Origin: a virus
Length of the DNA stretch: 64,000 bases
Strand: one strand, 5' to 3'
Virus record (IMG/VR): IMGVR_UViG_3300044797_000318
Coordinates: 64,001-128,000 of that record
Shown here: positions 39,039 through 47,607 of the stretch, piece by piece
Numbering within the stretch: position 1 is the first letter of the stretch
Layout: the number at the start of each line of letters is the position of its first letter
Translations under genes and position numbers: made by a program
The notes under the pieces: generated by a model
Seen by the model: the letters and a program-made list of their open reading frames with translations, nothing else
Told to the model about the DNA's origin: nothing
The model's database searches: none

Positions 39039-40774
39039 TACGCCCTCAGATCGAAAGCTCTACCAAATGGAGGGTTGAAAGCGCTGCCGCTGGTAATCAA
39101 CCAAATGACGTCTATTCCGGGATGTTTCATTTCTGCTATGTCGGAATCCAAAAGAAATCCGTCCGAAACAACAATCAGAAAATCGCATTTGCCAATGTGT
39201 TGTTCATAGTCAGTAAAGAACTCAGCATACTTAGTTCCACCGCGACCAACTACCTTGACTTTGGAAATTGACTCGGCATCTGCTTTCTTGACCTTAGTAG
39301 CGTCTTCCCAATAAATATCAGCATCAGCTGGGACGATAGTGCCTTCCGAACGCTCATCCAAGGAAGTTAGTTGAGAGAGACCAAATGCCATATCGTCTTT
39401 GCTCATAGAACCCGAGGTATCCAGCAAACAACCGAAGTGAGCATAATAGTTTTTTCTCTTAGGCACCAAAAGACCGGAGAACATAGGTCGAGTCCTAAAA
39501 CGAGTCCAATCATTGCGACCATTGCCAGCTCTTGCTCTGAGCAACCTAGTGCGGATAATATCCTGCCAAGTCACCTTGGGAGCAGTTAGTTTTCCAAGCT
39601 CATCTTCCAAAGCTGCTGGAACGTGGCCTGCTAATTTACGAGCCGCTTCCATTGCATCAGAAATTCTCTTGGCCAACTTCTCTTCCGATTCTTCAGAATC
39701 CATGTGATCATCCACTGTGCCACCCAGCCCAAAGATATCTACGCCACCTCCGCAGCTATCGCATGGCTGATCGCCATTGCAGCTTTGACCTTGACCATTC
39801 CCAGGTTGTTGTCCATGTTGCCCTTGATCTCCACAATCACAAGGTTGATCACCGCCGTGATTATGTTGGTCTCCTGGCTTTTGCCCTTGACCATCTTGCT
39901 TGTCCTGACCATCTCCTGGCTGTGGTTTCTCGCCTTGTTGGCCTTGACCTTCTTGCTTATCTTGACTTTGTTTGTCCTGCTTGCCTTGTCCAGGTTGAGA
40001 CTTAGATCCCTTCTTGTCGGGCTTCTTATATATTCCCAGGCGACCACACTTAGGGCACTTTGGTAGAAGCTTATAGAGAAGATCGTAAATCTTTTCTGGC
40101 CTCTTCATATCCTCTTCGAGAGCTGGATCTCCATAATAGAACTTGACACCCTTCTCTCGCTTTTCTAATAGCTTACGCTCAGCAGGAGTCAATTCACGAT
40201 CCTCATTGGGAGCGGGTAATTCCACTTGCGGTGCGTTGGGGTCTTCAATAGTAGGATTGAGATCCTCAAAGCCCGGAATCTTAGCAAAGGGATCCTTGAT
40301 TAGTTCACAGAAATTAGAAAGCGTCATATAGCGGCCCAAGTTCTTAGTGAACTCAACGGCCGGGTCTTTCTTACGAGTCTTGAAATCTTCCATCACTGTG
40401 CCATTGACAATATAGTCTACGGCAATATTCCACAGCTTTGGATTTCTAGATCCTCTTCTAGAAGGATGCATATAGAGGGCATGCCATGCTTCGTGTCCAC
40501 AAACAATTCTTAGACCTTTGATAGAATGTTTGAGAACAAATTTGGGGTTCCAATAAAACCTCTTGCCATCGGTAGCGGCAGTGGGTATGTTCATGGTACA
40601 AACATGATCTACTGGATACATCAGTGAGAAGACCAATGGATCCCCTCCTAGGCCACTTCCCACATGCTCATTGTCGTATCTAACTCCTAGCTCTAGGAAA
40701 ACCTTCCCAAGTTTGGATTCAGCCTCAGCCACTAATTTCGCATCGATCTTACCGACTACTCTCGAGAACTTCAT
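39038..40774 (-). CDS. DUF2201-like metallopeptidase plus VWA domain protein
   Basis: TAATDG, HEAWH, WNIAVDYIVN; Gln/Gly-rich linker; DTSGSM MIDAS, GRGGT, SDG. Confidence 0.88.
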   Translation of the reverse strand: MKFSRVVGKIDAKLVAEAESKLGKVFLELGVRYDNEHVGSGLGGDPLVFSLMYPVDHVCTMNIPTAATDGKRFYWNPKFVLKHSIKGLRIVCGHEAWHALYMHPSRRGSRNPKLWNIAVDYIVNGTVMEDFKTRKKDPAVEFTKNLGRYMTLSNFCELIKDPFAKIPGFEDLNPTIEDPNAPQVELPAPNEDRELTPAERKLLEKREKGVKFYYGDPALEEDMKRPEKIYDLLYKLLPKCPKCGRLGIYKKPDKKGSKSQPGQGKQDKQSQDKQEGQGQQGEKPQPGDGQDKQDGQGQKPGDQHNHGGDQPCDCGDQGQHGQQPGNGQGQSCNGDQPCDSCGGGVDIFGLGGTVDDHMDSEESEEKLAKRISDAMEAARKLAGHVPAALEDELGKLTAPKVTWQDIIRTRLLRARAGNGRNDWTRFRTRPMFSGLLVPKRKNYYAHFGCLLDTSGSMSKDDMAFGLSQLTSLDERSEGTIVPADADIYWEDATKVKKADAESISKVKVVGRGGTKYAEFFTDYEQHIGKCDFLIVVSDGFLLDSDIAEMKHPGIDVIWLITSGSAFNPPFGRAFDLRA

Positions 40775-41691
40775 ATGCGTGTCCTTATGGTTATGACATT
40801 ATTATTGTATGGATCCGTGTCTTTGACAATGGAACCATCGTCAAGGTAAGGTTGAAGAAACTTGTTAAGCATCTTGTAATCTGTCTTTCCGTTATACTCA
40901 AGACCTAGTTCTCGGGCTAATACTTTCATTGTAATTGGTAGGCGATCCCTGATAATTTTGTCAATAATAGCTTTTCTTTTGCTAGCTAACTGACCGATAT
41001 TTGTTTGCCTCTTTGGCTGGTCCGTGTAAAATCTGCTCTCGGGCTTGTCCCAAATCCTTTTGCGACCCATCTTGAAGAAGACATCAATATCAGCAAACAT
41101 GGCTCGACAACCACTATCATAAACCTTGATGATGTAGTAGGTTTTTCCTTTCCTATGTTTGGGTCTGACCAAAAAATTTTCTTGGTATCTTTCATTGAGA
41201 AGACTAGCTAAATACTGAACCTCCTCTTGGGAAAAACCGTGAGTAGAGATCTCGGTCCTCAGCCTATATGGCAATTTATTGTAGTCTATACTGCCATCAT
41301 CAGCAAGCCAGTGTGCAATGATTTGAGCATTCAATTCAACAACTGACGGAACTACCTTTTTATATGTGCCTTCTATAGGTTTATACCAAAGCGTATGATA
41401 CGCGGTAAGCGAAGGAGAAGCAACCGTAACAAAACTACAGCCAGCCCTAGCTGCACCAGTCCTTTTATCCACCGATCTGTTGTAGTATATTTGCCCATTC
41501 TGGTGGGCTGGTGGAAGAAAATTGTCGAAAATACTCATTTCATAACGAAGATACTCTTCGTCTTTGACGGCACGACCCACCATCAATTTGGCATTGATGT
41601 TATTTGCTGCTATCGACAAATGTCCGTCCCCCAGCATTAGGCCAGTAAGAGCGTTATGTTGTTCTTGTGTTAGCGGAACAAAATTGTGCAT
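40771..41691 (-). CDS. LAGLIDADG homing endonuclease
   Basis: GLMLGDGHL and WLADDGS. Confidence 0.85.
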   Translation of the reverse strand: MHNFVPLTQEQHNALTGLMLGDGHLSIAANNINAKLMVGRAVKDEEYLRYEMSIFDNFLPPAHQNGQIYYNRSVDKRTGAARAGCSFVTVASPSLTAYHTLWYKPIEGTYKKVVPSVVELNAQIIAHWLADDGSIDYNKLPYRLRTEISTHGFSQEEVQYLASLLNERYQENFLVRPKHRKGKTYYIIKVYDSGCRAMFADIDVFFKMGRKRIWDKPESRFYTDQPKRQTNIGQLASKRKAIIDKIIRDRLPITMKVLARELGLEYNGKTDYKMLNKFLQPYLDDGSIVKDTDPYNNNVITIRTRI

Positions 41692-41704
41692 ACTATTCCA
41701 TATA

Positions 41705-42826
41705 TCATTGATCTACTTCTTTATTGATCCTGCCCAATACCTGAGACCAATCGGGGTGCTCGTCGAGATTGTGTTTGACTAAACGCTCAATCTGAATTTG
41801 ACTTCTAACAGCCACTAGCACATTTTCATGGGCCACCTTATTCAAGAACTTACCCACATATTTGACAGATGGTGGGAGTTCCCCCTCCGTTTGATCTAAT
41901 TGAGTGGCAAAGCGAGCACAAGCAATCATGCAAGCCACTAATCTCTTAGAGGGCTCCAAGGTAGCATATTGTGAGGAAATATCCTTGCCGGCATACATAC
42001 TTTCCACCATAGGTAAGAGCTCCATGTAATGCTCGTAGTAATGCGAGTATTGCATACCAGCCTGTTTACCTACGCAGCCACATACTTTCTTGTTGAGCAA
42101 GTAGTGGTTCCATCCAAATGCCTCTCCCTTGAAGAGAATTTGAGAAGCACGATCCCAACCACGAGGAGATGGGTCTGCATATCTATCATCAGGGTCTACA
42201 TCTCCAAACAAATCCTTGGGATGATCATTGATGTAAGCAGAAACGGAAGGATGAATGCGGCCTGACTTACCAGCCCAATCCAACCAAGAGTGAACGTCAG
42301 CTTCCACCAAGAATTTTTCCGCTCTATCGAGAAGAGGTAAACTGGGACGAGAGCCACCCTCCGAAATCAAATTACCCGTCATAATGATTGCTTGCAGTTT
42401 CGGTAATTGCTTAGAGTTGATGCTTCTAAACTGAGTGAATTCTAGCAAGGGAGCCCACAAGCTTGGGTCAGCCTTATCCACTTCATCCAAAAGGGCTACT
42501 ACTGGCTTATTGCCATCAATCATTTGTTCGTAAAAATGAGGGAGTAAAAAGTCAACATATTTCTTTTGTTGAGCCGAGGCCATAATATTTGGATATCCAC
42601 CCAAGTCTACTCTTTCCATAACGGATAAGTTGATGTAGACTTCTTGCATATCAGCTTTTCTAATTTCGTGCTTGGCAATTTCTGTCTTGCCAGTGCCTCT
42701 CCTTCCAAAGACAGCAATGTTACCACCCATTTTGATAGAGGCGGTAAAATGTTCTGATAAATCTTTGGTGTTGAGTTTTTCTAGATTGAAATCTGAGGAG
42801 GTTAGGGTCGGTGTTTTAGTTGGCAT
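41705..42826 (-). CDS. MoxR-like AAA+ ATPase
   Basis: GRRGTGKT, LLDEVDK, TGN, PLLDR, PSPRGW. Confidence 0.87.
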   Translation of the reverse strand: MPTKTPTLTSSDFNLEKLNTKDLSEHFTASIKMGGNIAVFGRRGTGKTEIAKHEIRKADMQEVYINLSVMERVDLGGYPNIMASAQQKKYVDFLLPHFYEQMIDGNKPVVALLDEVDKADPSLWAPLLEFTQFRSINSKQLPKLQAIIMTGNLISEGGSRPSLPLLDRAEKFLVEADVHSWLDWAGKSGRIHPSVSAYINDHPKDLFGDVDPDDRYADPSPRGWDRASQILFKGEAFGWNHYLLNKKVCGCVGKQAGMQYSHYYEHYMELLPMVESMYAGKDISSQYATLEPSKRLVACMIACARFATQLDQTEGELPPSVKYVGKFLNKVAHENVLVAVRSQIQIERLVKHNLDEHPDWSQVLGRINKEVDQ

Positions 42827-42943
42827 GTAAATCCTTCCTTGCAATTTAGCGAATACGTAATAAACATAGGCACGCTGAGTTTATTGTCAACGGACCATAA
42901 AGAAAAAAAATGCAGCGACTTGAAGCAAATGTAAAAATAATTT

Positions 42944-43315
42944 TCAAGAAAATACGAGATAAATTTTGAGTTTATTATATAATTTATTTTTGTCGGAAAA
43001 ATCTATTGTAAAATATGGAATAGTGGTAATAAACCATCTATGTTGATCAAAAATAGAAAAATTACATAAATTATAATTATAAGATATAAAACAATCATTA
43101 CAACTAAAAGCAAAACCAGTATGCTTGGTCTCTCCGATACTATTCTGAGAATAATAAATTAGAAACCTTTCTTCACAAAAACGACAAGTCAAAGCCTCTA
43201 CATCCGATCTTGTTCCATTTGCAAGATCTGACGAGCTTGTATGAGAGAAATCAATATCTCCTTCACAATAAAGGCATCTAGGGTTATCCATATTAATCAG
43301 CTCATGCATCATCAA
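42944..43315 (-). CDS. Zn-binding protein with KLKIYLVFS tail
   Basis: CLYC, CRFC; shared C-terminal motif. Confidence 0.6.
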   Translation of the reverse strand: MMMHELINMDNPRCLYCEGDIDFSHTSSSDLANGTRSDVEALTCRFCEERFLIYYSQNSIGETKHTGFAFSCNDCFISYNYNLCNFSIFDQHRWFITTIPYFTIDFSDKNKLYNKLKIYLVFS

Positions 43316-43617
43316 TTTTGATCTTTCTCGGGCTCAAACTCTAATGTTCCGTCCACAAAGCGATCATATATTTCTTGATGAATACTCCACGGATCTTTCC
43401 GCCCAAATGATAAAGCACCACCAGTATACATCATCCTTCCGATAAGAACTTCATCACATCGCAACTCTGTTAGCTTATCGCATAAATATTGGCCTGCATA
43501 ACATACCTCTCGAATAATAGGGTTTTGCGCCAAATTGACTGGCATTTTTGGATCATTATCAATTTTTTCTGACCAACGAAGAATATCTTCGTTCGTCACT
43601 GAATTAGGTCTTGGCAT
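43312..43617 (-). CDS. hypothetical protein
   Basis: ORF with AAGGA RBS. Confidence 0.6.
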   Translation of the reverse strand: MPRPNSVTNEDILRWSEKIDNDPKMPVNLAQNPIIREVCYAGQYLCDKLTELRCDEVLIGRMMYTGGALSFGRKDPWSIHQEIYDRFVDGTLEFEPEKDQN

Positions 43618-43627
43618 TTATTCCTTA

Positions 43628-43855
43628 TCACTTGAAAACTTGTAGTCTGGCTTTTCTCATTTCATCAGCCATTTTATAGGCCACCATCGCTATGCGCTCT
43701 TGGCGTGCCTTGGATCTCTTTTGATAATCCTCATCCCACATTTCATTATCAATAATGTTGGAACAAGTTCCTTCTTTGGTTATCAAGGCTTGCATGGCAG
43801 CGATAGCAAATTGATCCCGCAAACGCAATTCCTTCTCATCATCTTCCACTGACAT
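43628..43855 (-). CDS. conserved small phage protein
   Basis: LRDQFAIAAMQALI...AYKMADEM pattern; GAGGA RBS before ATG 43855. Confidence 0.7.
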   Translation of the reverse strand: MSVEDDEKELRLRDQFAIAAMQALITKEGTCSNIIDNEMWDEDYQKRSKARQERIAMVAYKMADEMRKARLQVFK

Positions 43856-43871
43856 TTTATTCCTCATCAAT

Positions 43872-44104
43872 TTTGGGTAATGCCGGCTTTCTCCCCGGCT
43901 TTGGTACACTTTTCCACAGGTGCAAAAGGGTTCTTGCGAACCGTCTGGGGCTGGGCGTGAGGAGTTCCTACGGAACCGCTCTGGTGTCAATTCACCTCGT
44001 CAAAGGAGGTATTCTTCCTCCTACCACAGCTCTACTAACGAATCGGCTAGCTCACTTTTAGATTATTGCTAACCTCAGCTAAATTAGTAGAGGGATTACC
44101 CAAA
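43872..44104 (-). ncRNA. candidate structured ncRNA (~233 nt), family not recognised
   Basis: 10-bp closing stem TTTGGGTAAT/ATTACCCAAA with several internal helices, two capped by GCAA tetraloops. Confidence 0.7.
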
Positions 44105-44145
44105 TCTTATTCTTCATTTGCTATAAAAACAAAAATAGCTTCTTA

Positions 44146-44235
44146 TCAAAATAAGAAGCGTGCGATGGTGATACATCCAACAATAATGGTGTCTAACCAA
44201 ATAACAAGGCCTAAGGCGGCAAGAAAGTCTTTCAT
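44146..44235 (-). CDS. 29-aa hydrophobic peptide
   Basis: MKDFLAALGLVIWLDTIIVGCITIARFLF; AGGAAG upstream. Confidence 0.45.
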   Translation of the reverse strand: MKDFLAALGLVIWLDTIIVGCITIARFLF

Positions 44236-44250
44236 CTTTATCTTCCTGTA

Positions 44251-44325
44251 TGGTATCCCCAACTGGAATCGAACCAGTACTGTTTGTTTCGAAGACAAAC
44301 GTGATATCCGTTTCACTATGGAGAC
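44251..44325 (-). tRNA. tRNA-Arg(TCG)
   Basis: TTTGT-CTTCGAA-ACAAA arm; CCA. Confidence 0.9.
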
Positions 44326-44336
44326 ATATACTTACT

Positions 44337-44421
44337 TGGTGCGCCTGGTAGGAGTCGAACCTACTATGGGTTTCCCCGCTTGTTTCGTAGACAAGGGCCT
44401 TATCCGTTAGACTACAGGCGC
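44337..44421 (-). tRNA. tRNA-Arg(ACG) with long variable arm
   Basis: CTTGT-CTACGAA-ACAAG; variable arm GGG-GAAA-CCC; CCA. Confidence 0.88.
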
Positions 44422-44432
44422 ATTTTCTTACT

Positions 44433-44511
44433 TGGTATTCCCGGTCCGATTCGAACGGACATCGATCCAATTACGGTGCTCAGAGGTAGAAGCTCTGTCC
44501 GATACGGGAAC
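44433..44511 (-). tRNA. non-canonical D-armless tRNA-Arg(TCT)-like RNA
   Basis: Acceptor GTTCCCG/CGGGAAT; 7-nt linker; CAGAG-CTTCTAC-CTCTG; 20-nt extra region; perfect T-arm; ACCA. Confidence 0.75.
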
Positions 44512-44520
44512 ATACTTACT

Positions 44521-44595
44521 TGGTGATCCTAATGAGGGTCGAACTCATTCCTGAACCTTGAGAGGGTTCCGACCTAGCCGGTAGTCGATAGGACC
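44521..44595 (-). tRNA. tRNA-Glu(CTC)
   Basis: GAACC-CTCTCAA-GGTTC; CCA. Confidence 0.9.
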
Positions 44596-44640
44596 ATCGT
44601 GTATATTATATCACGATATTAGTTGATCTAAAATCAATTA

Positions 44641-45123
44641 TTAGGGTCTGCCGTCTTCACAACCTGCCTTGTCGGACGGACAATACATAGTTTGCAGAGT
44701 TTCGGGCTCTACCAACATAACACAATAGTTGAGGGAAGAACCGCATCTTTTCAGGGCCGATCTTTCTTTACCAGTAAAAGCGGCATAATTGATGCTGGTA
44801 CCACCCGCTTGCAGTGGGCCGGAACAAACTTGACGGCTTTGCGCAATAGGTAGTCCGCCTTCCTCAGCATAGAAGGTTATACGAACGCAAGAGTTAGCGG
44901 TGCTTTTCCCAGCAATAGCCGGCCATTGATTGATAAAACCACAACGAACCCACACTAACTTGTCATTGACTTCTTCATCTGTGCAAGACCAAGAGTTGAC
45001 GCCATTAGTGCCTCGAGCTACAAACATAGTTCGATGTTGTGGATTTTCAATAGCAGTCGGTGCTTGCCGCGTTTGAGCGCCACAACCTGCCAACAATAGA
45101 AGTGTGAATAATAGATATTTCAT
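44641..45123 (-). CDS. putative lipoprotein
   Basis: Lipobox LLAGC; Cys-rich. Confidence 0.7.
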   Translation of the reverse strand: MKYLLFTLLLLAGCGAQTRQAPTAIENPQHRTMFVARGTNGVNSWSCTDEEVNDKLVWVRCGFINQWPAIAGKSTANSCVRITFYAEEGGLPIAQSRQVCSGPLQAGGTSINYAAFTGKERSALKRCGSSLNYCVMLVEPETLQTMYCPSDKAGCEDGRP

Positions 45124-45197
45124 GATCTTACCTTATAAAAAAGAAAATTATTGAACCCAGTTCAGCGTGTGTTATATTGCACAGCAGAGGTTCAATT

Positions 45198-45884
45198 ATG
45201 AAAAACATAGAACAGTGTAAAGCCAAAGAATTACGAAGTCAAGGAATGTCCATCAAGACAATTGCCAAAGAATTAGGTGTGTCAGCCGGCTCGGTTAGCG
45301 TATGGGTGAGAGATATCGAATTATCGCCGGAACAAATTGAAACCCTCAAATCACAGAACGCCATTTACGATAATCAACATAAAGGAGCCAAGGCTCGTCA
45401 ATTACAAGCTAGACAACAAAGATTACGATATCAGGAAGAGGGCAGAATAAAAGCGAGAGAAAAAGATCCGCTACATATGGCAGGATGTATGTTGTATTAG
45501 GCAGAAGGGTCCAAGAAAAGAGTAAGTTGTGAATTTTCTAATTCAGAACCGCATATGCTAAAAATGTTTTTACAATTTCTATATCAGTGTTATGGTATAA
45601 CCAAAGAACAAATAAAAATACATATAAATTGCTATACAACCAACGGTATTAGTGTAGAGGAGATAGAAAAATATTGGGCAGACAATCTAGATATTCCTAA
45701 AAGTTGTTTTGGCAAAACCACTACCGATAACCTATCAAAATATTCTTTACAAAAGAAAGCTAAAAACAAACTTCTATATGGAACTGTAAAAATCAAAGTT
45801 TTCAAAAGTGTATGGCTCGTCCAAAATATATTTGGAGCTATTCAAGAATATGCTAATTTCAATTCAGAATATTGTGTTGATTGA
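45198..45884 (+). pseudogene. HTH plus LAGLIDADG-like endonuclease interrupted by an in-frame TAG at 45498-45500
   Basis: GCMLY*AEGSKK (expected LYWAEG) joins two track ORFs in the same frame. Confidence 0.75.
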
Positions 45885-45888
45885 TATT

Positions 45889-45962
45889 TGGTGACCCGTA
45901 ACGGTTACGATCCGATGTTCAAGAGTTGAAAACACTTTGTCCTACCATTAGACGAACGGGCC
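45889..45962 (-). tRNA. tRNA-Glu(TTC)
   Basis: Anticodon loop TT-TTC-AA; variant T-loop ATCGTAA; CCA. Confidence 0.82.
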
Positions 45963-45966
45963 ATTA

Positions 45967-46043
45967 TGGGGTGTCGTACGAGTTTTGATCTCGTCAAAGA
46001 ATGAGTCACAGTCATCCGGGTTCGCCAGCTCCCTCACGACACC
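45967..46043 (-). tRNA. tRNA-His(GTG) with encoded G-1
   Basis: G-GTGTCGT/ACGACAC-C-CCA; loop CT-GTG-AC; T-loop ATCAAAA. Confidence 0.85.
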
Positions 46044-46100
46044 ATATGGTAATATTATTGCTTACTTATTAGTATATATCATCCTAACCACAGAGGTTTC

Positions 46101-47315
46101 ATGCCTTACACCGCAGAACAATTGCTAAAAATTAGCCATAACTATGAAAAGATAGGAACAAATTCTTTGGTGTCAAGTGCTAAGGGAAAAGAAAAGAAAA
46201 AATTAGACCCCCACGCCAAAGTTCGCAATAGAGGATATGTGTGCGTTCCAGCTGAAAAAGCACTTGATCATAAGGATCATTTTCCGGCAAATGATGAAGC
46301 TCAGGCTCGTAATGCCTTAGCCCGTGTGCACCAATATAGCAGTGCCCCCTCGTGGTATAAGGGAAGTCTCAAAGGTTTGCAAGATTTAATTAGTCGTAAA
46401 GTACATTCTAAATATCCAGGCATCAGCAAAGATAAGAAATCTAAAAAATCTTCTGTGGAAATAAGTGACGTCTTGTTGAACAAATATTCACAAACGGCTA
46501 CCCCCACTGTCAATGTAGAAGATTTACCTAAGGCTTCTGCCCCGACCAAAGCACAATATCCTACTATCGACAAAACATTCCAAGTTATATTGGGTGTGGA
46601 TCCCGATGGATCTTTGGGGCCGATCACTCAAAAAGCCTTGGATGCTTATAAAGCAAAAGTAAATCCTAATAACCCTACTATGAATAATCAATTGGCATTC
46701 GAGTTTCTCAAAAGAGAGCCACAATACCAAACTAAACAACTTTTACCAGCCAACCAATCTTCGATAACTAATGCTGCAACTCAATCTATTCAATTATTAG
46801 AGTCTATCGCCCAAGTATTTGCACGAGTTGGAAGCAACGGATTAGGCGAACAAGACAAGCAAATCATCAACACCTTTATCGAACAATATAGCGGATTGCG
46901 AGAACAATTGGGTAGAGAGCAGTTGAGCATCAAAGATACTGATCAAAACGCCTTCAATCAAGCCGAAGGCACTCTTTTTCAAGCATATAAAATGATCAAA
47001 GAATTAGCTCAAATGTCGGGAATAGCTTGGGGAGGAAACTCTATTTCTAGAACTAATCGTACTGCCACCAGTGTAGATAATTTGATCGCTAAATACGCGT
47101 CAGTAAGCGAAATAACAAGTTTATTGAATAGATATGAAGGTACCGGAGCTTTTTTGAGAGACTTGGCCAAAGCACAGTTTGAATTGGTGGGATTGGACCA
47201 AAACCAGGAACCCGAAGAAAATTGGAAGACCGAATACGAAAGTTCCAAGAAGCTTCACGATATGATTATGGCATTTGCCGATCAAGTGGAAGCTGAAGAA
47301 TCTAAGTATTGGTGA
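46101..47315 (+). CDS. hypothetical protein with peptidoglycan-binding-like motif, possibly virion-associated
   Basis: QVILGVDPDGSLGPITQKALDAY. Confidence 0.55.
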   Translation: MPYTAEQLLKISHNYEKIGTNSLVSSAKGKEKKKLDPHAKVRNRGYVCVPAEKALDHKDHFPANDEAQARNALARVHQYSSAPSWYKGSLKGLQDLISRKVHSKYPGISKDKKSKKSSVEISDVLLNKYSQTATPTVNVEDLPKASAPTKAQYPTIDKTFQVILGVDPDGSLGPITQKALDAYKAKVNPNNPTMNNQLAFEFLKREPQYQTKQLLPANQSSITNAATQSIQLLESIAQVFARVGSNGLGEQDKQIINTFIEQYSGLREQLGREQLSIKDTDQNAFNQAEGTLFQAYKMIKELAQMSGIAWGGNSISRTNRTATSVDNLIAKYASVSEITSLLNRYEGTGAFLRDLAKAQFELVGLDQNQEPEENWKTEYESSKKLHDMIMAFADQVEAEESKYW

Positions 47316-47339
47316 TTGGGTAGGAATTGCACTTTCATT

Positions 47340-47421
47340 TGGTAGTGGTAGAGGGACTTGAACCCCCACGGTTTCCCGCTCGACCCTAAATCGAGTGCGT
47401 CTGCCATTCCGCCATACCACC
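47340..47421 (-). tRNA. tRNA-Leu(TAG)
   Basis: CTCGA-TTTAGGG-TCGAG; long variable arm; ACCA. Confidence 0.92.
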
Positions 47422-47423
47422 AT

Positions 47424-47507
47424 TGGTCTCATCGGAGAGAGTCGAACTCTCACACCTTTCGGCATATGCACCTCAAGCATACGTGTCTGCCATTCCACCA
47501 CGATGAG
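47424..47507 (-). tRNA. tRNA-Leu(GAG)
   Basis: TATGC-TTGAGGT-GCATA; long variable arm; ACCA. Confidence 0.92.
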
Positions 47508-47510
47508 CTG

Positions 47511-47587
47511 TGGTGCGCGAGATGGGAGTCGAACCCACAAAACTTATTTTTTGAGAATAATACGTATGCCTATTCCGTCACCCGCGC
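47511..47587 (-). tRNA. tRNA-Leu(CAA) with short variable loop
   Basis: TTATT-CTCAAAA-AATAA; variable region only GTTTT; ACCA. Confidence 0.85.
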
Positions 47588-47607
47588 GCTCTAATATATC
47601 CTGTTAT

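Noticed and set aside
39700-40010. Repeat or CRISPR-like array
   Set aside because: Low-complexity Gln/Gly coding linker; no repeat-spacer periodicity here or elsewhere in the window
40771-41691. Intron or intein hosting the LAGLIDADG between MoxR and VWA
   Set aside because: Both neighbours are complete and there is no flanking non-coding sequence
43856-43990. N-terminal extension of ORF 43628..43990
   Set aside because: Runs through the structured RNA; a good RBS and ATG exist at 43855
43872-44104. RNase P RNA, group I intron or 6S RNA identity for the structured RNA
   Set aside because: No GAGGAAAGUCC core, no interrupted gene or recognisable intron core, and not a simple rod
44066-44470. 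ORFs 44066..44410 and 44114..44470
   Set aside because: Overlap tRNA genes; spurious
47340-47421. Amber suppressor tRNA
   Set aside because: Anticodon is UAG, which reads Leu CUA; it is not a CUA anticodon
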